Shown piece by piece: positions 26,551-37,950 of a stretch of 64,000 bases of DNA; the first letter of the stretch is position 1; every line of letters begins with the position of its first letter. Both the position numbers and the translations under genes were made by a program. The notes under the pieces were generated by a model. The model had not been told where the DNA came from, made no database searches, and saw nothing but the letters and a program-made list of their open reading frames with translations. Source of the DNA: the human T2T-CHM13v2.0 reference genome, Homo sapiens; NCBI RefSeq assembly GCF_009914755.1, contig NC_060939.1. One strand, written 5' to 3'.

Positions 26551-29360
26551 GCCACTCGCTTTGTGGAGTTCTATCTGGACGCCCAGCTGCTTTCTCCAGG
26601 GAACACCTTTCTGTATCTTCATTGAGTGCTCACGGTTGTGCATGACGGGCTGTGTTTGCTCACGTCCCACGAAGTGTATGGGTGGCAAAGTCTTGAAATC
26701 TGTGTGCTTAGCTCTCTTAGGCTTCAAAATAGTGAGAATCTAGGCAGGTAATGTGTTAGGAGCTCCACCCCAGTGCTGAATGGGGTCTGGAATCTGTTGA
26801 CTAAAATCTAGTCTTCAAAATGAGCCCCACTTAATTGTAACCTTTGCCCATCTTCCCATCAGCCTGCCATTGAAATCTTAGCATACGTTGTGTGGCTGAA
26901 CTTAGAGTCTAACTGGCCACAGTTGAGGGAGTAAAAACTACTACAGAATACTATATCTTTATTATAATTACCTATCAGATCAAATGTAATAAGAGCAATA
27001 TTACAGTATAGTTTACAAAGTACTTTTACCTGTGTTGCCTTATTTTATCTTTGAAATAATCCTGAGAAATAGCATAATTATCATAATTTTATATAATAGA
27101 AAATCAAGGCTCAGAGAACTGAAGCATCACATTTAAGATCAAAACTTGTGTTAATTTCACCTTTTTCTTTGTCTTTTAGGTAAATGTCGGATACTCAGTC
27201 CTGCTTAGTTCCATGTTATGGGGGAGAACAAGGTCTTAGAACTTGAATAACATATAATCTATTTGGATAAAAAGGCATACTACATATCATAAAACAATCT
27301 ATGAAGATTATGAGAGAATATATTATTAGGGACTAATTTAGCTCTTCTAGTCCAAAGGAACAATGTCACATAATGAAGACTTAACTTTTTATATGGCTTC
27401 CAAGCCTCCTACAGTGTCATGTCTCCATGCCCTTACTCAGGCTGTTCCTTTTGCCCAGAAGGACTTTCTCTTAGTTCTCAGACCAACCTTGGCTCCTCCC
27501 CAAAACTTTCTCCAACTCCCCAGGCAGAATTAGCCAGCGTTCTTCAAGGCGTTCTGCATGTGACTCTCCTGTACTGAAGCATGAATCATATGCTAAGGAT
27601 GCTGATTTTGGGTGGAAGTGGGAGAGGCGAAGGGGATCTATGGTATCTTTTTCTCTTTCCAGATGGAGCTTCCTGAGGGTAGGAATTAAGCCTTATTCTA
27701 CTGTATCTCCAGTGTCTAGTGCAGTTCCTAATATGAGTTAAATATTCATGGAATAAAATAATAAATGAAGAGAGAGCACAGCTTCCTAAGATGCCCAACA
27801 TAGTCCCCGGGATATTTTTTCCAAGCTTGAATCCAAGCCGAAGAAAATGGATGGAAGAGAGGAAAGGGGCTGCACCAGTGGATGCTGAGGAATTGCTGGG
27901 CTTCAAACTCCTGCCGTCAGAAGAGGAAGCTCCTGAAAATAGTGGCCTCTCTGTCCTTCCATTTCCCTCCCCACCTTACCTGGCTTTGTTTGCCATTTTC
28001 AACCAGTGCTGTGATTTTCCTCCAAAGCACTGTCCTTGGCATCATTACCAATCAGCTTCTCTCTGTGCATAAAGGCCCATGAGAGTATGGAGAAATAAAG
28101 GGCACATGTATTAGGATTGCTTCTGGGTGCTTCTCATCTCCAGCCCGTCCTCAACCCTGGGGTGAGGAAGGTAGGACCAGGGTCTCTAGGGTTTCTCAAC
28201 CCTGTAGGTTTATTCTTTGCCTAGGCACTAGGTGAATCTGAATCCATGTTCAAAAGTAGGACACATGAGGCGAAAGGGTTGATCAAACATAAAAACCCCC
28301 AGGTTTTTTTTCCCACGGTTTGACCTTAAGGAAGTCAACTAATCCAACTGTGTTTCAGTTTGACTCCTCTATAAAAACGAGTCTAATGATGCTTCACCCA
28401 ACTTGTGGAGGAGTGGCCAGGTTTAATTAACCAATGCTCATTTCTCTCAGCACTTTGGATGTCCTCCATGGGCACAAAATTATGTTATTACTTGGAATAA
28501 TAATAATAGTTTCCCCTAATAATTCTGTGTTATTATTGCATTTAAGGAACTGTATTAGAGGCCTTCTGGAACTAGTTTAATACCTATAAATGTCTCTCCC
28601 TGGCAAAACAAGGGAGCATTGCCTGGTGATTATGGTTTGTCTTACATTTCAAAACTAGTCCGTTTAAACCCTCAGCAGAGTCCTTAAAACAGCGCCTGGC
28701 CAAGGGGGACCTCTTTCAATCTCAATTTGCTGGACCACTGACAGCACTGAACTTGAACAAAGTGGCTTGTTTTCACAGCCGAGGACTTGGCAACTCTAAG
28801 GGCCCAACTTACAAACGTGGAAAGATAGGCACAGAGAAAAGATAAGCAGACCCAGCTTCCCCCACTGCAGCCAGAGCCAGGTGCTGAAATCACAGATCTG
28901 ACCACCATTGCCCACCCTCCCTGCCCTGCCACCACTTACTTCCACCGGCTCCCCTTGGCTCTTCATTAGAGTCCAGTCAACACCCCCCGAGGTGTGCAGA
29001 GCCCTCCAGCTCATCTTTAGATGCCCCCTCCCTTGCACTCTGTTCCTCCATTCTGATCTTTTAAAAAAAATTTTATATTTCATTGACAATAATAGTATAT
29101 ATTTACACTATTTATATACTATAAACTATATAAACTATATTTATACTATTTATATACTATAGTGTATATATTTATAAACTATAGTGTATATATACTATAA
29201 ATAGTGTATATATACTATAAATAGTATATGTATTTATTTACTATAAATAGTATATATATACTATAAACAGTATAAGTATTTATATACTATATATAGTATA
29301 TATACTATAAAAACTATATGTATTTATATACTATAAACAGTATATGTATACTGTAAACAG

Positions 29361-29802
29361 TATATGTATTTATATACTGTAAACAGTATATGTATTTATA
29401 TACTGTAAACAGTATATGTATTTATATACTGTAAACAGTATATGTATTTATATACTGTAAACAGTATATGTATTTATATACTGTAAACAGTATATGTATT
29501 TATATACTGTAAACAGTATATGTATTTATATACTGTAAACAGTATATGTATTTATATACTGTAAACAGTATATGTATTTATATACTGTAAACAGTATATG
29601 TATTTATATACTGTAAACAGTATATGTATTTATATACTGTAAACAGTATATGTATTTATATACTGTAAACAGTATATGTATTTATATACTGTAAACAGTA
29701 TATGTATTTATATACTGTAAACAGTATATGTATTTATATACTGTAAACAGTATATGTATTTATATACTGTAAACAGTATATGTATTTATATACTGTAAAT
29801 AG
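29361..29802. repeat. 26-bp AT-rich minisatellite (TATATGTATTTATATACTGTAAACAG): 16 perfect copies plus 1 variant; degenerate copies from ~29095
   Basis: 29361-29776 = 416 bp = 16 x 26; the last copy ends AAATAG. Confidence 0.95.
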
Positions 29803-29814
29803 TATATATTTTAT

Positions 29815-29947
29815 ATGTTAAATGATGAGTTAAAGGGTGCAGCACACCAACATGGCACATGTATACATATGTAACAAACCTGCACGTTGTGCACATGTAC
29901 CCTAAAACTTAAAGTATAATAAAAAAAATAAAATAAAATAAAATAAA
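29815..29947 (+). mobile_element. Young L1PA extreme 3' end with A-rich tail
   Basis: GGGTGCAGCACACCAACATGGCACATGTATACATATGTAACAAACCTGCACGTTGTGCACATGTACCCTAAAACTTAAAGTATAAT then (AAAAT)n. Confidence 0.95.
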
Positions 29948-30180
29948 GTGTAGTGTTGAAGTCTCCAGCTATCTTCTTGCATTTGGAAGCTCTGTTATTA
30001 GGTGCTATATGTTTATAATTGTTATGTTTTTCTAATGGGTTAACATTTTTATTGTTTTAAAATGTCTCCTTTTATATGTAGTCACATTTTCTGTTTTAAA
30101 TGATACTTTTTTCTGTTAGTAGTGTATGCATTCTAGCTTTGTTATGATTGCCATTTGCAAAATATATTATTTTCTACCCT
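29948..30180 (-). mobile_element. Old L1M fragment (ORF2 endonuclease region), antisense
   Basis: GTGTTGAAGTCTCCAGCTAT...GAAGCTCTGTTATTAGGTGC...TGTTTATAATTGTTAT. Confidence 0.7.
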
Positions 30181-30184
30181 TAAA

Positions 30185-30755
30185 AAAGTTTTATATTTCA
30201 TTGACAAATAATAATAGTATATATTTATGGTGTACAATGTGGTGGTTATGATACACGTATGCATTGTGAAATGAACATATCATCACCTCACAGACTTATC
30301 ATTTCTTTGCAGTGAGAACATTTAAAATCTAATTTTTTAGCAATTTTGAAGTACAGGCAAATGTCAGAGAGATTGTGGGTTCGGTCTCTAGACCACGGCA
30401 ATAAAGCAAATATCGCCATCAAGTCACACAATTTTTTTGGTTTCTCAGTGCATCGAAAAGTTATGTTTAGACTATACTGCATTCTATTAAGTGTGCAATA
30501 GCATTATGTCTAAAATACTTTATTGCTAAAAAGCTGACACAGAAACATGAAGTGAGCACATGCTTTTGGAAAAATGGTGCTGACAGACTTCATCGAGGCA
30601 GGCTTGCAACAAACCTTCAATGTGTAAAAATATGCAGTATCTGTAAAGCGGTGCAATAAGATGATGTATGTCTGTATATAATACATTACTATTAACTATA
30701 GTCCCCAGGCTGTGCACCTGTGCAATACAACACCAGAACTTATTCCTCCTGTCTC
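30185..30755 (-). mobile_element. L1MA-type 3' end, antisense, split by a Tigger insertion
   Basis: TATATATTTATGGTGTACAATGTG...GTGAGAACATTTAAAATCTA...AGCAATTTTGAAGTA | TAATACATTACTATTAACTATAGTC...CCAGAACTTATTCCTCCTGTCT. Confidence 0.8.
30354..30674. mobile_element. Tigger2-family (TcMar-Tigger) non-autonomous element
   Basis: TA|CAGGCA...GGTTCGGTCTCTAGACCACGGCAATAAAGC...GTATGTCTG|TA with TA target duplication. Confidence 0.85.
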
Positions 30756-31367
30756 CATCCTGGGCTTTTGTTTCTTCAGTAACACCAGGTCCAATCTCTC
30801 CTTGGCGCCCTGACACACCTTGCTCCTAGCCTGGCCAGCCCTTTCTCCCGTGTCTTTACCTCTAGTTCCCAGGTACACGTTACTGCCTTCCCATGTGTGG
30901 GCTGAGGCCCCTCTAGGGTGCACCCAAAACACCCTGTGTTTGTCCCCTGTGCCAAATCACTTGGCAGAGAGAATCATACCTACCTGCTTACTTCCAGGTT
31001 TGCTCATATACTCTGTGCAGGCATGAAGTATGTCAGTCTTGGGCCCTGGGTCTGCACACAGTAGGTGCTTCATCAATATTCATTGAATGAATAAAAGGAT
31101 ACAGTTTTCTTTTCTCTCTTATATACTATTTTCTTTTACTCAATGCCCTGATTTTAATGCTAATCCTTCCCTACCCTCTTTTATGCCAGTCACAGGTGAG
31201 TAATACGGATGAAGAAATGAAAAAGAAAAGGAAGTAGATTCTTTGAAAGGAGAGAGAGAAATACTGTGAGTGAGAGGGATTAGGAACAAGGCAAAGTGAG
31301 AGAGAAAGAGGGATATTTGGATGGGGAGAGACTAAAATGAAATCAAGGAACAAGTACAGGATTCTAT

Positions 31368-31447
31368 TTAGGTTGGTGCAAAAGTTATTGCAGTTTTTGC
31401 TATTACCTTTAATGGCAAAAACTGCAATTACTTTTGTGCCAACCTAA
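31368..31447. mobile_element. MADE1 (Hsmar1-derived 80-bp MITE)
   Basis: TTAGGTTGGTGCAAAAGT...ACTTTTGTGCCAACCTAA, near-palindromic, 80 bp. Confidence 0.95.
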
Positions 31448-32931
31448 TAATAATATGTTAAAATGCAAAAAATAAAATCATCCTTAAATTTTATTTTTCA
31501 GGAATTTTCCACATAAGAGAAGTGAAGAGGGAAGGAGAAACCCGTTAGAATTATTTACATATATGATTTCCTTTTATTCCTCATACCTTATTAGACAGGA
31601 ATTCAAGCTACATTTAACAGAGGAAGACAAAGAAGCTCAGAGAGGTGGAGTACCTTGCACAAAGTCACACAGCAAAGTGGCAAAGCCCAATGCAGAACCA
31701 GCATGTGTTTGAATCCCACCTTGCCCATTTATAACCAGGATGAAGTGTTCTTCCTTTGGGACTCTAGAGCCTTCAAAGGTCCCTTCTCTTTGGGATGCAG
31801 AAGAGAAAGGCAGTAATTAATAACTAAGAAGAAAAAGAAACTTAGCACACAGCTAAATGCTGCACTTTGAAGAGTGGATTCTTGCTTTTGCATGAAAGAT
31901 TAAAAAACAAGGATTTCTATCTTTCATCAGTAGGACAATGAATTGAACTGATTTTCTTTGGCTCTTGGTTTGTCTTTCCTATGATTAGGTACATGTTTCT
32001 GAGCCCTGTGTACATAAGCCCAGCACGAAACTTGCTATTTCCTTGTCACAGCAATATTTTCCACGATGGTTTGGGGCAGGCAGAGAGAATAGTGCTGCTG
32101 GACTTTTGCAAAACCAGCCAAAGGAAGGCCAAGAGGCATGTTGAAGAACAAACTCTACACCACTGTTTGCCTATCTTAAAGCCTCCCTGACGATAATGAA
32201 TAGATTCCAGCAGCCCAGACCATTACTGACAGCTAAATAACTTGGTCTCACTCTCTGGTTTTCTACATCTAAATATCCCCTCCCTCTGGGGCATGAGATT
32301 AAAAACAAAAATCTCGAGCAGAGCAAGCAACAGTCTTGTCTTTGATTTATGCTATTACTGGAACTGTAGTCCTTGAAAGAAATTCCTTCACCACCATAAT
32401 GAGGATGAAGATTCCGTTAACTAATAAATGCTTCAGGAGTATGCTCTGATGCTGTTGAACTTTTCATGAAACCATGATGTACAAGAAAAGAAGAAAGATT
32501 TTTAAATAACACTATACAGACACACATCCGCTATGGAATTAGTCAAGGCTTCGAAACACCATGTGTAAGAGAACCAGGTTGACAATCAGTGATAATACAT
32601 CTCTCCTGAAAATACTAGGTAACTTAGCCTTTTCTTCATTCCTGGGCCTGCCTTTGTAAAGGGAAGGGAGAGAACTAAAAACCTATCAGTGATTCAATCA
32701 GAAAATGCAAATGAGGTCAAGTTTCTTACAGGCTTCTGTGAGATTTCTCTAGAGAAATTTCCACAGCATCTCTGCTGCTGGCGCCCTTCGGAGGCTGGGG
32801 CTCGTCTGTTGGGTGGGAGGAATGCAGTACGAGCTTCCTCCTTTTTCCTCGGACCTGAGTGGATGGTTGAATTCCAGTAAGGGGCTCCCTAGTGCTTTGG
32901 GAATATCACTCCTGGACTGAAGTCAAACCCA

Positions 32932-32932
<1 letters not shown>

Positions 32933-32992
<60 letters not shown>
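32933..32992. repeat. (AC)n microsatellite with a GCGC interruption (60 bp alternating purine-pyrimidine)
   Basis: Direct reading. Confidence 0.95.
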
Positions 32993-33059
32993 GGGTTGCT
33001 TTTTCATGGGTGGAACTCATGGCCGGCCCCTCTGCCCTGTCTCAGAGTGAGGACCCTGC

Positions 33060-33540
33060 ATCCCAATCAGGCAAGAGGGAGGCTCCTTAAGTGAATCCCT
33101 GTGTTCTGAACCGATCCTGCCTGCTTCCCTGCCTGCTTCCAGGGCCAGCATCTCCACCCCTGCAGATGCCCCAGGGCAGTCTGGAAGGAGCTGTCTCTCA
33201 CACAACCACGCCTCTCCCTAACATCCCAAACTAAAAGTGTTCATGCGTGTGCACGCGGTCCTCCCCTGGGCCACAGAAGTTTGAAAAGCCTTCCCTGCTA
33301 TCTTTGATTGGGAAACTAGTCGATTGGGACAGGCTGACGAGTGAGGCTGCAAGTCAGGACGCTGTACTCCACCTCCCATCACGTGAGGGTGGTTCAGGGA
33401 ATTTACAGGGTTTCTCTTTGTTCAGCACAGGTTCTAGCACGTGTTTTGAAAGTTGCCTATTTTTTTTAACCCAAAGGTAGGTAAACACCACCAATCAAAG
33501 CTCTAAGCCAGTTCCCTTAAGTTTTAAGATTGGACAGTAT
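33060..33540. promoter_or_regulatory. Candidate promoter/enhancer: five CCAATC boxes, two CACGTG E-boxes, two TCF/LEF-type CTTTGAT sites
   Basis: Motifs read directly from apparently repeat-free, locally CpG-retaining sequence; function inferred only. Confidence 0.45.
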
Positions 33541-34889
33541 CAGGTGTTGTCTTTCAAGGGGTTGAAAGGAAGGAAGAGACAGGAAAATCCCCCTCACCCT
33601 AGCTTTAAGGGTGTTGGAGGTCTTGAAGAAACGGACAGACCCTTGATTAAACCTTCTATATTTTTATGTAAAACATAGGAAAAGGGCTGGTGAAAATGAG
33701 GCCTGCATTGCGTGAAGAAGGTTTAAGATTTGAGGGAAAAAAGGCGCATTCTCTTTTCTGTAAAATTTTTAAACATTTTAAAGCTAAATGCTACCCTCTT
33801 GGCCTATAGCTTTCACACTGGGAGTAAAGGCAGAGGGGTGGGGGTGGAGGTGGCAGGTGAATGGGTCCTTCAGGAAACTTTGAGGAAAACAACACAGGTT
33901 TCCCCTAAACCGTAAAAACGGCAGATCTGGAGGTCCCAACTTCTAATTTTCAATCCGTCGGCTTAGTCTTGGTTTTTCATTACTGAGGTTCCCTTGACTA
34001 TATAGTATCTCACAATGTCTCTCAAAGTGCAGTCACAGACTACAGATGAGAGAACTATGAGTGAAGCTGCTTAAAATGCAGATTCCAAAGTCCTTCCCTG
34101 AAGGATTCTGGTTGTGGTACAGGGATCTGTAAATGGGGTGGTTGATCTCTAACCCCCACCCCCCACCCCAGCTCTGCAATTCTATGCTTCTAGACTCTCT
34201 GGAAGGGAACACTACCAGGAACTGTGGCTGTCCCACTGCCAGAGGATACCTCACCTATGCCAGGTGTCACCAATTACCTATTTCCAGCTGTAGGGTCTAG
34301 GACCTTGGCCAACATTGGCTCCTTCCACCAGGTAACAGGGCCAGTTAGGCTGTACAAGGGATCCATCTTCCACTGGAGATGCCTCCAGTGCCTCCAGGTT
34401 CACTGATCATTGGCTGCAGTGTGTGCTCTACTTAGCCAACTCCCCCTTGCCATAGCCTCTTTCCGTCTCCCTGCTGTCTGCTGTTCCCTTTCAGTGCTGA
34501 CTCTTGTCCCCTTGGCTGTTTGGATCCGGGGCTTCTAGCCCCTACGCTCTGCACTGGGTCCGCTCCATCTGCTGCCCGTGTCCTGGCGCCTGTGGTCCCC
34601 TTAAGTCCTCCAGAAGGTAGGGCTCGCATTAAGAGCCTGCTCCTTCTTCCTTTCACCACCCAAAGTGGCTCAAAGGCTTCCACGTGACTAGTAACTCACC
34701 ACTTTTATCCCCTATCTCTCCTCTGTATTCCTCAAAGGCTGGGAACACACTTTTGTCATTTCACATCATATTCTAGTGATTTGTATCTCTTTCTCCTCCC
34801 TGCCTAGGTTGTAAGCTCTATGATGCCAAGGACTGTGTCTTACTCATCTTTGCATCCGTAGCAACTAGTGTGGGGCCTGATGGTACTGA

Positions 34890-35140
34890 TAAAAACATTT
34901 ACTGAGTGCTTACTATGTGGCAGGCATTGCACTAGGTGCAAGATACTCCTTTGTGCAATACTTGCTATGCTACTCTATCCTCACAATCACTCTACAAGAG
35001 CCCCAGTTTTATTAATCCCATGTGAATAAGTGAGAGCAATGAGGCCAAAGGGTTTAGGTAATTCGATCAAAGTCACACAGCTAGCATGTGGTCAGCTGAG
35101 GATTGGAATCCAGGCAGTCTGACTCCTGAGCCTCATACTA
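34890..35140 (-). mobile_element. MIR SINE inserted in an L2 3' end (34730-35170)
   Basis: AACATTTACTGAGTGCTTACTATGTGGCAGGCATTG...AAAGTCACACAGCTAG...GGATTGGAATCCAGGCAGTCTGACTCC. Confidence 0.8.
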
Positions 35141-35864
35141 AAAACTCAAAGTTTGCTGAATAAATAAAGGAAATCTGAATAAAGCAATGAGTAGCAGTAT
35201 TCACAGAAGCACGGAATTTTAGAACTAAAAAAAATATATACACTGTGTAGTCCAAACCCTGATTGTATTGCTAGAGAAACTGAGGGTGAGAGCAATGAAA
35301 CAAGGTTTGGTGGTAAATGGTAAAACTCTTATTTTATCAAAGGGAAAATTGGGGTTCAATTTCACTCTTACTTCCACAACTGAAATTGCCAGAATTTGAT
35401 CGTTTAAAAGAAGCATAGTTATCTCCTAGTTCAAGAGCCTCATTTTGCAAAGGAAGAAGTTGTAGCCCAAGGAGTGCTATGACTTGCCAAGGTCTCTACT
35501 TCACCAGAGCAGAACTGGAAATGAACCTGGCTCTCCTAACTCCAGCTACACTAACACAGACCCATGAGCCAGCCCATTCCCCACCACTCTCCCATCCCAG
35601 CTTCCCAGGTCAGGTACAGACAGTCCAACCGTCCATGATTTAACCTCAGTGGAAACGCTCCACACTGGAGCTCAAATGCAAGGCAAGCAGGTCCATCCAG
35701 ATCCAGTTCTTTCATATGACAGGTGGGTAGAGTTACAGGCTCACATTGCAACTGGGGATTTGTGAGATCCACCTCAGAAGAAGGCAATGCTCCCCACAAC
35801 GAGGCTGACTGTTGAGTGTGTGAATCAGCATCTGGGTGGTGAAGCACCCCAGGATGTATACACT

Positions 35865-36060
35865 AGCCAGTGCTCAGCAATCAGCACCACGCTTTCTGGC
35901 ACCACCTAGCATGCGCATTAGCTGCCTTTAAAAATGCTGATGCCCAGGGTCAGGCCCGGACAAATGCTAACAGAATCTCTGGGAGTGGGGCCAGGCATCA
36001 GTATTTCGTTTAAAGGCACCACCCCCTGGCTCCAGGTGATTCTAATATATGCTAAGCTAA
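35865..36060. mobile_element. MER5A-like MITE
   Basis: AAAATGCTGATGCCCAGG...CAGAATCTCTGGGAGTGGGGCCAGGCATCAGTATTT...CCAGGTGATTCTAAT. Confidence 0.7.
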
Positions 36061-36152
36061 TTCATAAGGCAAGTGAAATGTCTTCCATCCAAATTAGCAG
36101 TGTCACCTGGAAACGTGTTAGAATCCAAATTCTACATTAGGTACCCTTCATT

Positions 36153-36400
36153 ATTTTCTTTCTTTCTTTCCCATCTTTCCTTCCTTTCTTCTTTTCTTCC
36201 ATCCTTTCTTCCCTCCCCTTTCCTTCCTTCCTTCCCTCTCTTTCTCTCTCCCTCCCCTCCCCTCCCTCCCTTCCTTCCTTCCTTCTTTCCTTCCTTCATT
36301 CTTCTCTTTCTCTCTCTCTCTCTCTTTCTTTTTTCTCCCTTCCTTTCTTTCATTTTCTCCCTTCCTTTCCTCCTCTTCCTTCCTTCCTCCCTTCCTTTCT
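36153..36400. repeat. Polypyrimidine low-complexity tract ((CCTT)n/(CT)n), expanded tail of the adjacent Alu monomer
   Basis: ~245 bp almost pure C/T. Confidence 0.9.
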
Positions 36401-36543
36401 GAGACAGGGTTTCAAACTGTCACCAAGGCTGGAGTGCAATGGTGCAGTCATAGCTCACTGCAATCTCAAACTCCTGGGCTCAGGCAATCCTCCTACCTCA
36501 GCCACCTGAAGTGCTAGGAGTACAGGTGTAAGCCACCACAGGC
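36400..36543 (-). mobile_element. Alu monomer (FRAM/FAM or AluJ right arm)
   Basis: TGAGACAGGGT...GGCTGGAGTGCAATGGTGCAGTCATAGCTCACTGCA...CAGGTGTAAGCCACCAC. Confidence 0.85.
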
Positions 36544-37724
36544 TTTCCCTGTTATTTTCTCTCATAGCACTCTATTGTTAGTTTTCATAACACTTAGCAG
36601 GATGTGAAATTATACACTTGTTTATTTTATATCCTTTGCCTCCTCCCAACCTCAGATGGTAGGCTTCATGGATAGAGGCCACACATGTTGTGTTACTCAG
36701 CACACCTCATGCCTAGCACACAGTGGGCACTCAATACACATAATCAACAAATGGATGGATAGACATTAGGTGCATATAGGCAAGACAGATGTCTGAATTT
36801 TTCATTTTTTGGAATTCATTGCTGTAGCCTTATAGAGACAGAACACAAGCATATGTAATAGGCACTTTATCTTCCCCAGAAATAAGGAAGTTTAGCTTAC
36901 TGGAGTAGGTAACTAGGAATTTTTTTTAGACAAGTTACCAGAAAAAAGAAAACACCAAAAATAAATAAATAAAAACAGCAGGTGCTGATAAGAAATTAAA
37001 AAAAAAAATCAATGTAACAACTTTGGCCATAAGTGTGGCTTCGCCTAAAATCCTACTGCTTCTTTAGGTCAAGTCCCTAAATATTTATTAAATACATCTT
37101 GGGGGTGGCCAGCATATTAATAGATTTTTTTTGGAGAAATAATAAAGTTTAAAACATGGTTTATGGCCTTCAAGTTTGTTGGGAAAGTGGAGCTTATTGA
37201 AGTAGAATTATAAGAAGGATAACATAAGTTAATAAGTAGTGAAGTGTTATTCCCAACACACAGGCCGGTGGAATGCATGCATATATGTGAGCTGGCAGAT
37301 CCCCTTTCCTAATTTAGGTTCAGGGGAGTTCCAAGGAAGAGATCTGCATGAGGAGAGCACACTATGGGCTGCCATAATCAGGAGGATCTTTGTGAATGAG
37401 GAAGAGGTTTGGGACTTGCAAACATTCTTGATTCAACCAGGCTCTTGGAAGTTAATGTAGTCAACATTTTCCCCTAGTCCTTGTGTGGAGAAGAGGTCTA
37501 ATCTATGAAGTCAAAACAAACTTTGTTCTTGGATATGATTTGGGGGTTCAAATGAGGAGACACAATTATCTCTTTGAGCTTTAAATATCGTTTTGCTGAC
37601 AGAAGACAACTGGCTCTTTTCATAGACATCTTCCCTTATTAAAAAAAAAAACTCCTAAAGTGCCAGGAACTGGGGTGTTACATTCAGTAATAAAATCCAT
37701 GTTTCAAAACTTGGTGTGCTCATG

Positions 37725-37950
37725 GCCATATGCTGTAGTGATTAAATCAGACTAGCTGGATTCAAATCTCATCTTCTGCCATTTAACAGCTGTGCGACTA
37801 TGGACAAATTATATAACCTTCCTTTGTCTCAGTTTCCCCATCTATAAAATGGGGCTAATAATAATTCCTCACTTGTACGATTGTTGCTGTGAAGATTAAG
37901 TGAGGTGATTTTTGTAAAGTTTCATAAGAAATGCTATAGAAGAGTTAGCT
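37725..37950 (+). mobile_element. MIR SINE
   Basis: GGATTCAAATCTC...CTGCCATTTAACAGCTGTGCGAC...CTCAGTTTCCCCATCTATAAAATGGGG. Confidence 0.8.

Noticed and set aside
27155-27185. Strong plus-strand acceptor (TTTTTCTTTGTCTTTTAG|G) and isolated donors (e.g. 6760, 14608, 57804 on +; 27979 on -)
   Set aside because: Unpaired sites at the frequency expected by chance; no consistent exon chain could be built.
29361-29802. Regular repeat array that might suggest CRISPR
   Set aside because: Head-to-tail identical units without unique spacers, in primate DNA with no cas genes; it is a minisatellite.
36073-36402. Low-complexity ORFs rich in F/L/P/S or E/R/K/G (also 39792-40051, 54411-54869)
   Set aside because: Stop-free frames produced by polypyrimidine or (CT)n tracts.
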